Positions 54,100 to 64,000 of a stretch of DNA of 64,000 nt are shown in pieces. The stretch is from assembly GCF_009914755.1 (NCBI RefSeq), contig NC_060942.1, one strand, 5' to 3'. A model generated the notes under the pieces. That model searched no databases, was not told where the DNA came from, and worked only from the letters and a program-made list of their open reading frames with translations. Origin of the DNA: the human T2T-CHM13v2.0 reference genome, Homo sapiens. Made by a program: the position numbers and the translations under genes. Numbering within the stretch: the first letter of the stretch is position 1; every line of letters begins with the position of its first letter.

Positions 54100-55790
54100 A
54101 CTCCTTCCGGCTTTCCTCCACATGTTATCACCAGATGCTCACAAAAGTCATTGAGAAGAATCCTGAGAAGATTTTTTTGTTTGTTTGTTTTTGTTTTTTG
54201 TTTTTTAATGGTACACAGCTATGCTAGAAGAACAGAAGCCACGGTAAGAAACGGAAACTCTGCTCCATGCCTCATCCCCTCCAACAGATTCTTCCACTGC
54301 ACTGCGGCTCTCCTATGGAGCAAAAAATCTAACACTATTGGAGAACAGGCAGCAAACACTGTCACCCTTCAGAAACCAGTAAAAAATACCTTTAAATTGT
54401 GGAAGAGGAACAAACCATCTGCATATGGGGGAGGGCAAGAATACAAGCTGGGCAACAACAAACAGCCAGGACTCAGTGCAAGCACAGAGAAGACCTCACC
54501 CCAAAGATCCAGGATCACAGTGCCTACCTATGAATGGGCTTAATTACAACAACCTAGAACCTGTACCTCATCTCCAGTCTGGAATGTGTCAAGTAGCAAG
54601 TTATAGATAGGAAGGGTGAGGAGCATGAAGACAGACTGCTCTGAGGCCTGGGACAAAGTGAAGATGTAAAGCTGAGGGTAGAGTAGACATTGAGAAAAAC
54701 TCCCTAGCAAAACAGTCCTTAAATTAAACACAATGTAACATTAAATGCAATATGAAGCCTCTTGATATAATTTGACTGTGTTCCCACCCATATCTCATCT
54801 TGATTTGTAGCTCCCATCATTCCCACGTGTTGTTGGAGGGAACTGGTGGGAGTTTATTGAATCGTGGGGGCAGTTTCCTGCATACTGTTCTCGTGGTAGT
54901 GAACAAGTCTCAGGACATCTGATGGTCTTTTAAGGGGTTACTGCTTTTGCTTGGTTCTCCTATTGTCTTGTTTGCCACCATGTAAGATGTACCTTTTGCC
55001 TTCTGCCATGATTGTGAGGCCTCCCCAGCTATGTGGAACTATGAGTTCATTAAAACTCTTTTTCTTTATGAATTACCCAGTCTCAGGTATGTCTTTATCA
55101 GCTAGCGTGAGAAAGGACTAACACACCTGTGTAGCACTAAGAGTAACCATAGTGAAATCAATTCTCAAACACAGAGAAAACTGTATCTATTGCAACTTAA
55201 TAACTCACTCTAAAGTTCTGGTAGATGAAAAGGCATGCCAGTTTCCTGGCATAGAATCTATTAACTTCAATCTATACCGTTCTACCAAGATGTTCAGTTT
55301 TCATAAAAAAATTATGATACATAATTGAGAGAAAAACCCAGTAGCATATGGTTAAGAGAGAAGACAATCAAAAGAACCAGATTCAGATATGAGCTACTTC
55401 TTAGAAAAAAATCAGACAAGAAATTTAATATAACTATGGTTAATATGGTAGAGGATCTAGTAGAAAAGACGGATGGTATGCAAGGACTGATGAATAATTC
55501 TAGAAGAGAAATAAAAATTACAAAAAAGAATGAGATGGAAATTCTTGAAATAAAATAGAAAGATTTGTGTTTAACAACATATTCAATGGACTGGTGAAAC
55601 ATAACTAAATTTGACAATAGAGCAATAAAAAATGTTTTCAGTTTACTCAAGGTAAAATAGAAAGAATAAAAAGAATTGGAAAAAAAACAAGGAAAAAGCA
55701 TTTAATATATTTAGGAAAATATCAAGTAGTCTAACAAAATTAAATCCTATGTGTGAGAGAATGGGAAAAATACTTGAAAATTGCAAAAAA
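54100..55790 (+). mobile_element. Old L1M 5'UTR/ORF1 remnant, interrupted by THE1
   Basis: ORF1-like coiled-coil remnant (SDKKFNITMVNMVEDLVEKTDGMQ...NEMEILEIK). Confidence 0.7.
54763..55125 (+). mobile_element. THE1 (THE1B/C-like) MaLR solo LTR
   Basis: TGATATAATTTGACTGTGTTCCCACCC...GGACTAACACA; 5-bp TSD CCTCT/CCTGT. Confidence 0.92.
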
Positions 55791-57360
55791 TTTTTCCAGA
55801 AGGCAGAACAAGATGATTCAATAGAAGCCTACACTATTCATCCCTCCTGCTGAAACACCAAATTTTAACAACTATCTGTACACAGAAAAGCATCATCACA
55901 AGAACCCCAAATCAGGTGAGCAATCATAGTACCTAGTTTTAGCTTTATATCACTGAAGAGGATAGGACATATGATATTGAATGGCCAATGTTACCTGTCC
56001 CCCAGCAAAAGAGAATCTATGCACTTTGTGGAGGGAGGGCTAAGCAATGGAAAGACTTTACTCAGTGCTGCCCTGTCATGACAGAGGGCAAGGCCATGCG
56101 GGGCTCAGCCAGCACCCAGTCATGGAGGGAGCATTTGGACAGACCTAGCCAGAAGGGAACTGTGTATCACAGCCACTGGAACTTCAGTTTCTCAGCAAGC
56201 CTCGCCACCGTAGGCCAAAGTGCTCTGGGATCCTAGGTAAACTTGAAAGGAAGTCTTGGACACAATGGCTACAATAGCTAGGGAAATTCTAGTGCTAGGC
56301 TTGGCTCAGATCCAGAATACATAGGGTGGCACATGAGGTAGGGGAACACTAGCTGGGGTGGCTAAGAGAGTGCTTGCACCATCTCTCTAACCACCCCAGG
56401 CAGTGCAGCTCACAGAAACAAAAATAGCCTAATTTTTCTGCTTGAGAAGAGGAGAGTGAAGAGTAAAGAGGACTTTGTCTTGCATCTTAGATACTAGCTC
56501 AGCCACAGTAGAATAGAGAACCAGGTAGAGTCATGAGGCCCTCATTCTAGGACCTACCTCCTGGATGACATTTCTAGACACACTCTGGGCCAAAAGGAAA
56601 CCTGATGCCTTAAAGAGAAGAACTCAGTTCTGGCAGGATTCATCCACTGCTGACTAAAGAACCATTGGGTCCTGAATAACCAGGAGTGATACCAACGTAG
56701 TACACACCATGGACCTTGGGCTCTGAGATTTGCTGGCTTCAGGTGTGATGCAGCACATTCCCAGCTGCGGTAGCTATGGTGAAAGACTCCTGTTTGATAA
56801 AACCAGAGGGAAAAGTAAAGGGGATTATTGTCTTGCACCTTAGGTACCAGCTCAGCCACAGTGGGGTAGAGCAACAACCAGGCTCTTATGGTCCCCAAGT
56901 TGAGGTCTAGGCTCTTAAATAGCATTTCTTGACCTGCCCTGGGGAAGCCCACTGCCTTGAACAGTAAGTTGCAAGCCTGGCAGCATTCACCACAAGCTAA
57001 CTGTACATCCCTTGGACTTTTAAGTAAACATTGGTGGTGGCCTTGCAGAACCCCCATGGGCTGGAAGTGGTGGTGGTCACAGGGAGAGACTCCTCTGCTT
57101 GTGAAAAGGGGAGAAAAGCGCAGAGAGACATTTGTATTGTGAATTAAGTGCCAGCTTAGCCACAATAGAACAGAATATCAGGTAAATTTCTAAGGTTTTG
57201 CACATCAATTGCTGGCTCTCAGACACCATCTCTGGACTTGCCTGGGGCCTGGAAGAACTTACCGCCCTGAAGAGAAGAACACAAACCTGGCTGTCTTTGT
57301 GACCCGCCGATTGTAAAGCACTAGGACCTTGAGTGAACATACGTGGTAGCCAGGTAGTAG

Positions 57361-58973
57361 TGTGTCCGGAATTGGGGGGTTCTTGGTCTCACTGACTTCA
57401 AGAATGAAGCTGTGGACCCTCGCGGTGAGTGTTACAGTTCTTAAAGATGTTGTGTCCAGAGTTTCTTCCTTCTGGTTGGTTCGTGGTCTCACTGGCTTCA
57501 GGAGTGAAGCTGCAGACCTTTGCAGTGAGTGTCACAGCTCTTAAAGGCGGTGCGTCTAGAGTTGTTCGTCCCTCCTGGTGGGTTTGTGGTCTCGCTAGCT
57601 TCAGGAGTGAAGCTGCAGACCTTCGCTGTGAGTGTTACAGCTCATAAAGGCAGTGTGGATCCAAAGAGTGAGCAGCAGCAAGATTTACTGCAAAGAGGGA
57701 AAGAACAAATATTCCACAGCGTGGACGGGGACCCCAGCAGGTTGCCACTGCTGGCTCAGGCACCTGCTTTTATTCCCTTATCTGGCCCCATCCACATCCT
57801 GCTGATTGGTCCATTTTACAAAGAGCTGATTGGTCTGCTTTACAGAAAGCTGATTGGCCCATTTTGACAGGGTGCTGATTGGTGCATTTACAATCCCTTA
57901 GCTAGACATAAAGGTTCTCCAAGTCCCCACCAGTTTAGCTAGATAAAGAGTGCTGATTGGTGCATTTACAAACCTTGAGCTACACACAAGGTGCTGATTG
58001 GTGTGTTTACAAACCCTGAGCTAGACACAGAGTGCTGACTAGTGTATTTACAATCCCTTAGCTAGACATAAAGGTTCTTCAAGTACCCACCAGATTAGCT
58101 AGATACAGAGTGCTGATTGGTGCATTTACAAACCTTGAGCTAGACACAGAGTGCTGAATGGTGCATTTATAATCCCTTAGCTAGACATAAAGGTTCTCCA
58201 AGTCCCCACCAGATTAGCTAGATACAGAGTGCTGGTTGGTGCATTCACAAATGCCGAGCTAGACACAGAGTGCTGATTGGTGTATTTACAATCCTCTAGC
58301 TAGACATAAAAGTTCTCCAAGTCCCCACTAGACTCAGGAGCCCAGCTGGCTTTACCTAGTGGATCCCGCACCGCACCGGGGCTGCAGGTGGAGCTGCCCA
58401 CCAGTCCCGTGCTGTGCACCCACTCAGCCCTTGGGCGGTGGATGGGACTGGGTGCTGTGAAGCAGGGGGCGGTGCTCTTAGGGGAGGCTCGGGCCCTGCA
58501 GGAGCCCACGGCAGGGGTAGGCATGGCGGGCTGCAGGTCCCCAGCCCTGCCACTCAGGGAGGCAGCTAAGACCTGGCAAGAATTCGAGTGCAGTGTCGGT
58601 GAGCCGGCACTGCTGGGGGAGTTGGCGCACCCTCCACAGCTGCTGGCCTGGGTGTTAAGCCCCTCACTGCCCACGGCTGGTGGTGCTGGCCCACCACCCT
58701 GGGTTTGGGGCCTGCCGAGCCCACGCCCACCCGGAACTCGCACTGGCCTGCAAGCCCCAGGAGCAGCCCTGGTTCCCGCCCCCGCCTCTCCCTCCACACC
58801 TCCCGGCAAGCTGAGGGAGCCAGCTCCGGCCTCAGCCAGCCCAGAGAGGGGCTCCCACAGTGCAGCGGCGGGCTGAAGGGCCTTTGAAGCACGGCCAGAG
58901 TGGGCACCGAGGCCAAGGAGGTGCTGAGAGTGAGCGAGGGCTGTGAGGGCTGCCACCATGCTGTCACCTCTCA
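57361..58973 (-). mobile_element. LTR12 (LTR12C/D-like, HERV9) solo LTR, full length
   Basis: TGTGTCCGGAATTGG...GCTGTCACCTCTCA termini, 1613 bp, 4-bp TSD GTAG, tandem U3 repeats. Confidence 0.96.
57795..58330 (-). promoter_or_regulatory. LTR12 U3 tandem CCAAT (NF-Y) enhancer/promoter array
   Basis: Eight intact CTGATTGG motifs counted plus three degenerate copies. NF-Y dependence of ERV9/LTR12 promoters is established; activity of this copy is not shown. Confidence 0.7.
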
Positions 58974-59071
58974 GTAGTAGTTATAGCGGGTCTTGGATGA
59001 GAACCAATGCTGTACTGGCTTCAAGTCTGACCCAGCATAGATCCCGGTGGTGGTGTTGGCTATAGGGGTAC

Positions 59072-59176
59072 TTGCATCATCAAACCTTCAGTTCCAGAAA
59101 GCTAAGGCCTCCAAGATGGAGTCTCTGTGTGTGTGTGTGCGCTTAGCTTTCTGAAACTGAAGGTTTGATAATGCAA
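59072..59176. repeat. Inverted repeat, 35-bp arms (33/35), 35-nt spacer
   Basis: TTGCATCATCAAACCTTCAGTTCCAGAAAGCTAAG versus CTTAGCTTTCTGAAACTGAAGGTTTGATAATGCAA. Confidence 0.95.
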
Positions 59177-61448
59177 AACTCTATTTTAGAGTCTCTCTCT
59201 CTCTTTTTTGTTTGGGAGAAAGTAAGGGAAAAGAACAAGAGTCTCTGCTTGGTAATCCAGGGAATTCTTCTAGATCTCATCCAAGACCACCAAGGTGGTA
59301 CCTCTAAAAATCTACAAAACCAGAGTGTTATTGGGCTTGGGACTCAAGTTTATTTGATACCTGCAAAGCCTTCCCCTGTAGGATGGGCACAAGAAGCCCA
59401 GATTGCAAAGACTACAGTAAATACCTAACTCTTCAGTGCCCAAACACTGATGAACATCTATAAGCATCAAGACCATCCACAAAACATAACCTCACCAAAT
59501 GAACAAAATAAGGCACCAGAAACCAATCCTGGAGAAACAGAAATATAGGACCTTTCAGATAGAGAATTCAAAGTAGCTGTTTTGAGAAAAATCAAAGAAA
59601 TTTAAGATAGCACAGAGAATGAATTCAGAATTCTATCACATAAATGTACAAAAGAAATTGAAATAACTAAAAAGAATTAAGCACAAATTCTAGGGTTGAA
59701 AAATGAAATTGATATACTGAAGAATGCATCACAGTTTCTTAATTAATAGCAGAATTAATTAAGCAGAAGAAATAATTAGTGAGCTTGAAGACAGGATATA
59801 TGAAAATACACAGTGGAGAAAAAATAAAAAAGAATGAAGCATGCATCCAAGACGTAGAAAAGTCTCAAAAGGGCAAAGCTAAGAGTTATTGACCGTAAAG
59901 TGGAGGTAGAGAAAGAGATAGGAGTAGAAAGTTTATTAAAAGGGATAATATTGGAGAACTCTCAAACCTAAAGAAACACGTCAACATTTAAGTATAACAT
60001 TTAAGTATAAGAAGGTTATACAGCATGAAGCACATTTAACCCAAAGAAGGCTACATTAAGGTGTCTAATAATCACACTATCAAAGGTCAAAGATATAGAA
60101 ATAATTCTAAAAGCAGGAAGAGAAAAAGAAACAAATAACATACAACGAAGCTCCAGTACATCTAGCAGAATACATTCAATGGAAACATTACAGACCAGAA
60201 GAGAGTTGCATGTCATATTTAAAATGCTGAAGAAAATAAAAAAAAACCTTTTACCCTAGAATATTATATCCTGTTAAAATATCTTTAAAGAATGAAGGAG
60301 AAATAAAGATTATTCCAAACAAACAAAAGCTGAAGAATTTCATCAACACCAGACCTGCCCTACAAGAACCGCTAAAGGAAGTTCTTCAATCTGAAAGAAA
60401 AGGATGTTAATGAGCAGTAAAAAATTATCTGAGATACAAAACTCCCATGTAATCGCTTTATCATAATTCTTAAAATTGGGTAATGTCAATCCCTCAACTT
60501 TGTTCTTCTCCTTGAATATTGTCTTGGCTATTCTAGACTTTTGGCCTCACCATATACACTTTTGAGTTAGTTTGTTAATATCTACAAAATAACTTACTGG
60601 GATTTTTACTGGGATTGCATTGAATTTATAAATCCAGCAGAAAGAACTGAGATCTTGACAATATTAAATCGTCCTATTCATGAACATGGAATAACTCTTT
60701 AACTAGTTTGGTGTTGATTCTTTCATTAAAGTTTTGTAGTTTTTCTCTTACAAAGTTACAGAATCAAGACTGTGTGTTATTAGCAAAAAGAAAAGATAAA
60801 TAGATAAATGGAAAAGAGCCTAGAAATAGGCCAACATAAATATAACCAACTGCTCTTTGATAAAAGAGCAAAAGCAATATAATTTTTAGAAGACAGTCTT
60901 TTCATCAAATGATTCTGGAACAATTAGACATCCTCATGCAAAAAACAAACAAACAAAGAAACCTAAACAGAGTCTTACACCCTTCATGAAAATTAATCCA
61001 AAATAGATCACAGACCTAAATGTAAAACACAAAACGATAAAATAGTTAAAAGACAGCATAAGAGAACACGTAGATAGTCTTTGGTTTGGCAATACCTTTT
61101 TACATGTGGCAACAAAGGCATGATCCATAAAAGAAAGAACTGATAAACTAGACTTCATGAAAATTAAATATATACATATATGCTGTTCAAAAGATACTGT
61201 CAGGAGAATGCAAAGACAAGTTAGAGATGGAGAAAATATTTGCAACAGATATATCTAATAAAAGATTTAGCTAAAATATATAAAGAACTCAAAATTTCAC
61301 ATAAGAAAATAAACAGCCTAGTTAAAAATTGGACCACAGACCCAAAGAGATAACTCACCAAGAAGTTCTACAGATGGCAAGTAGACATATGAAAGGTGTT
61401 TCACATCATTTGTTATCAGGGAAAATGCAAATTAAAACAGTAGATATT

Positions 61449-61730
61449 GGCTGGGCATGGTGGCTCATGCCTGTGAACCCAGCCCTTTGGGAGGCCGAGG
61501 CGGGTGGATCGCCTGAGGTCAGGAGTTTGAGACCAGCCTGGCCAACATGCTGAAACATCATCTCTACTAAAAATACAAAATTAGCTGGGCGTATTGGCGT
61601 ACACCTGTAATCCCAGCTACTCTGGAGGCTTAGGCAGGAGAATCGCTTAGAACCCAGGAGGTGGAGGCTGCAGTGAGCTGAGATCGTGCCACTGCCCTCC
61701 AGCCTGGGCAACAGAGTGAGACTCGGCAAA

Positions 61731-61782
<52 letters not shown>

Positions 61783-61790
61783 TTAAAAAA
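61449..61790 (+). mobile_element. Alu, AluSx-like, with (AAT)n tail
   Basis: Full dimer; TSD AAAACAG(T/C)AGATA(T/C)T. Confidence 0.94.
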
Positions 61791-62451
61791 ATAAAAATTA
61801 AAACAGCAGATACTGCTTCATACCTATTAGCATGGCCAAAATCTAGAACACTGACAGTACCAGACGTTGGTGAGAATATGGAGAAACAGAAATTCTCATG
61901 CATTGCTGGTTGAAATGCAAAGTAGTACAGCCATTTGGACAGTTTCTTACAAAACTAAATGTACTCTTACTGTACAATTCTGCAATCATGCTCCTTGGTA
62001 TTTACCCAGGAGTTGAAAATTTATATTTACACAAAAACCTGTACTTGGATGTTTATAGCAGCTTTATTCACAATTGCCAAAACTAGGAAGCAAAATGTTG
62101 TTCAGTGGGTGAATGGATAAATAAACTGTGGTTTAATCAGACAATGGAATATTTTTTCAGGCCTAAAAAGAAATAAGCTATCAAGTGGGAAGAGTCATGG
62201 AGGAAACTTAAGTGCATATTATTAAGAAAGAAGCCAATCTGAAAAGACTACATCCTGTATAATTCCCACATATTACATTCAGGAAAATGTAAAATTATGG
62301 AGACATTAAGAAAAATCAGAGGTTTGTGAGGAGGGAGACATGAATATCCAGAGCCCAAAGGATCTTCAGGGTAATGAACCTACTTGGCATGACACTATAA
62401 TAACTGATACATGTCATTATATATGTGTCCAACCCATAGAATCTACAATAC

Positions 62452-62830
62452 TGTCTCAGCCAGTTCAAACTGCTGGGACAAAACTACCATAGACTGGGTG
62501 GCTTAAACAACAGAAATTTATTCCTTACAGTTCTGCAGTCTGGAAGACTGAGATCGTGGTGCCAGCATGGTTGGGTGCTTAGTGAGGGCTCTCTTCTTAG
62601 TTTGTAAATGGTTTCCTTGCTATGTCCTCATGTGGTGGTGAGAGAGATAGTAGAAGCTGACTCCCTTTTGTCTCTTTTAGTAAGGGCACTAATCCCATAA
62701 TAAGGGCTCCACCCTTGTGATGTAATTATCTCTCAAAAGTTCCATCTCCAAATATCATTCTTATTGGTGTTAGAGTTTAAAGATGGAAATTCTTTGGGGA
62801 TACCAGTACACAAACATGGAGTCTATAACA
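62452..62830 (-). mobile_element. MLT1A/MST-type MaLR solo LTR
   Basis: taccatagactgggtggcttaaacaacagaaatttatt...aagggcactaatccca...gtctataaca. Confidence 0.85.
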
Positions 62831-62914
62831 CTAAGGGTGAATCCTAATGTACACTATGGTCTTTCAGTGATAATAATATGTCAGTGTAGATTCATCAATT
62901 GTAATAAATCATAT

Positions 62915-64000
62915 TCAGTGATGATTATCCTAGGAATGCAAGTCTATTTTGATGTTTCAGAATCAGTCACTGTAATTCAATATATTAATAGAATAAAAAT
63001 TATACAATCATATGAATTCATACAGAAAAGATACTGACAAAATCTAATATTTACTACTGATTAGAAATTCTCCACACTCAAGAAGAAAAAGGGGACATCC
63101 TTGATTAGATAAAAGGCACCTCAGATAAATTCTATGGATTAGATAAAATTCTGAAAATGGTGTCTTACTTAATGTTGAAGACTGAATGCTGTCTCCATTA
63201 AATTCAGAGCAAGGCAAGGATGCATCTCTCCCTATTCCTGTTCAACATTATATTGGAAATTATATCCAGTATAAAAATAAAGAAAAAGAAATAAAACATA
63301 CAGTTTGTAAAGAAAGAAAGAAATTTGTCTTTATTCACAGATGACATTATTGTCTACTTAGAAAATACAAAGAATCTACCTAAATGCTCCAAAAATGACT
63401 TGGCTTTGACAAGTTCTCAAAACACTGATCCATATACAAAAATAATTGTGTTACCATTCACTAGAAATTAATAATTAGAATTTGAAGTTCAAAAAGCACT
63501 ATCTACGAAGCATCCTTCTACAACATAAGTGCACAAATTATGCACCTAAAACTATAAGACAAAGATAAAAGAAATTAAAGGTTTAAAGAATTGGAGTGAT
63601 ATTTTATGTGCATAGATAGAAAACTCAATAATGTTTAGTTTTAAATTTCAATCCAAATCTTTTCTGGATTTATAATTTAAAAAAAATGAGGTGCACAAAT
63701 TTAAATGGAAAGAAAAGGAAGTAGAATAGCTAAGATAAATTGCAAAAGAAGTTGGAGGACACACACCACCAATTTCAAGACTTACTATAAAGTTAGGGTT
63801 ATCAAGTCAGTGTGATACTAATGAAAGAATAGATATATAGGTCGATGAAACAGAATAGAGATTCCAGGCACATATCAATAAATATTTAGACAGCTTCCAT
63901 CCTAAATATATTGTTAATAAAATTAAAAGGCAAGTAAATGACTTGTAGAGGATATTTGCAATTTACATGTCTAACAAAAAACTTCATTCCAGAGTATATA
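62915..64000 (+). mobile_element. Old L1M ORF2 remnant
   Basis: caaggcaaggatgc, ttattcacagatgacat (FADDM region), caagacttactataaag motifs. Confidence 0.8.

Larger units (their letters stand above)
55800..60445 (+). mobile_element. L1M1-type (L1MA) 5'UTR plus ORF1, split by LTR12
   Basis: gcagaacaagatg 5' start, GC-richer 5'UTR, decayed ORF1 at 59450-60410 ending gaaaaggatgttaa. Confidence 0.85.
60447..62910 (+). mobile_element. L1MC-type 3' portion with inverted 5' part (about 60447-60749 antisense); interrupted by Alu and MaLR LTR
   Basis: ORF2 antisense then sense; L1MC 3'UTR motifs (gatacatgtcattata...cccatagaat...gtgaatcctaatgta). Confidence 0.82.

Noticed and set aside
56554-57165. 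203-aa ORF
   Set aside because: Antisense to the L1M1 5'UTR; repeat-derived.
58300-58967. 219-aa and 162-aa ORFs and apparent CpG island
   Set aside because: GC-rich U3 of LTR12, where stop-poor frames are typical.
59983-60008. 13-bp tandem duplication AACATTTAAGTAT in L1 ORF1
   Set aside because: Ordinary slippage indel in a dead element.

Overview
AT-rich primate (human-like) non-coding genomic DNA, intronic or intergenic. AluY, AluS/J, THE1, MLT2A and a solo LTR12 place it in catarrhine primates; species and locus cannot be fixed from sequence alone. I find no credible protein-coding exon, RNA gene, CpG island or CRISPR-like array. The ORF track is explained by Alu, L1, LTR and microsatellite sequence or by chance. 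A large share of the window is interspersed repeat: about 14 Alu or Alu-monomer copies, many L1 fragments, L2 and MIR relics, several solo LTRs and DNA transposons. Repeat names are recalled from consensus sequences and need RepeatMasker/Dfam confirmation. I did not find a convincing novel biological system. The most notable structures are: a 35-bp-arm fold-back hairpin in an L1 5'UTR (59072-59176), a complete 1.6-kb solo LTR12, three L1 inversions of twin-priming type, an MLT2A LTR nested in an AluJ, a 148-nt pure-purine tract with (GGAA)17, two AG|GT recursive-splice-like sites, and two candidate regulatory elements.
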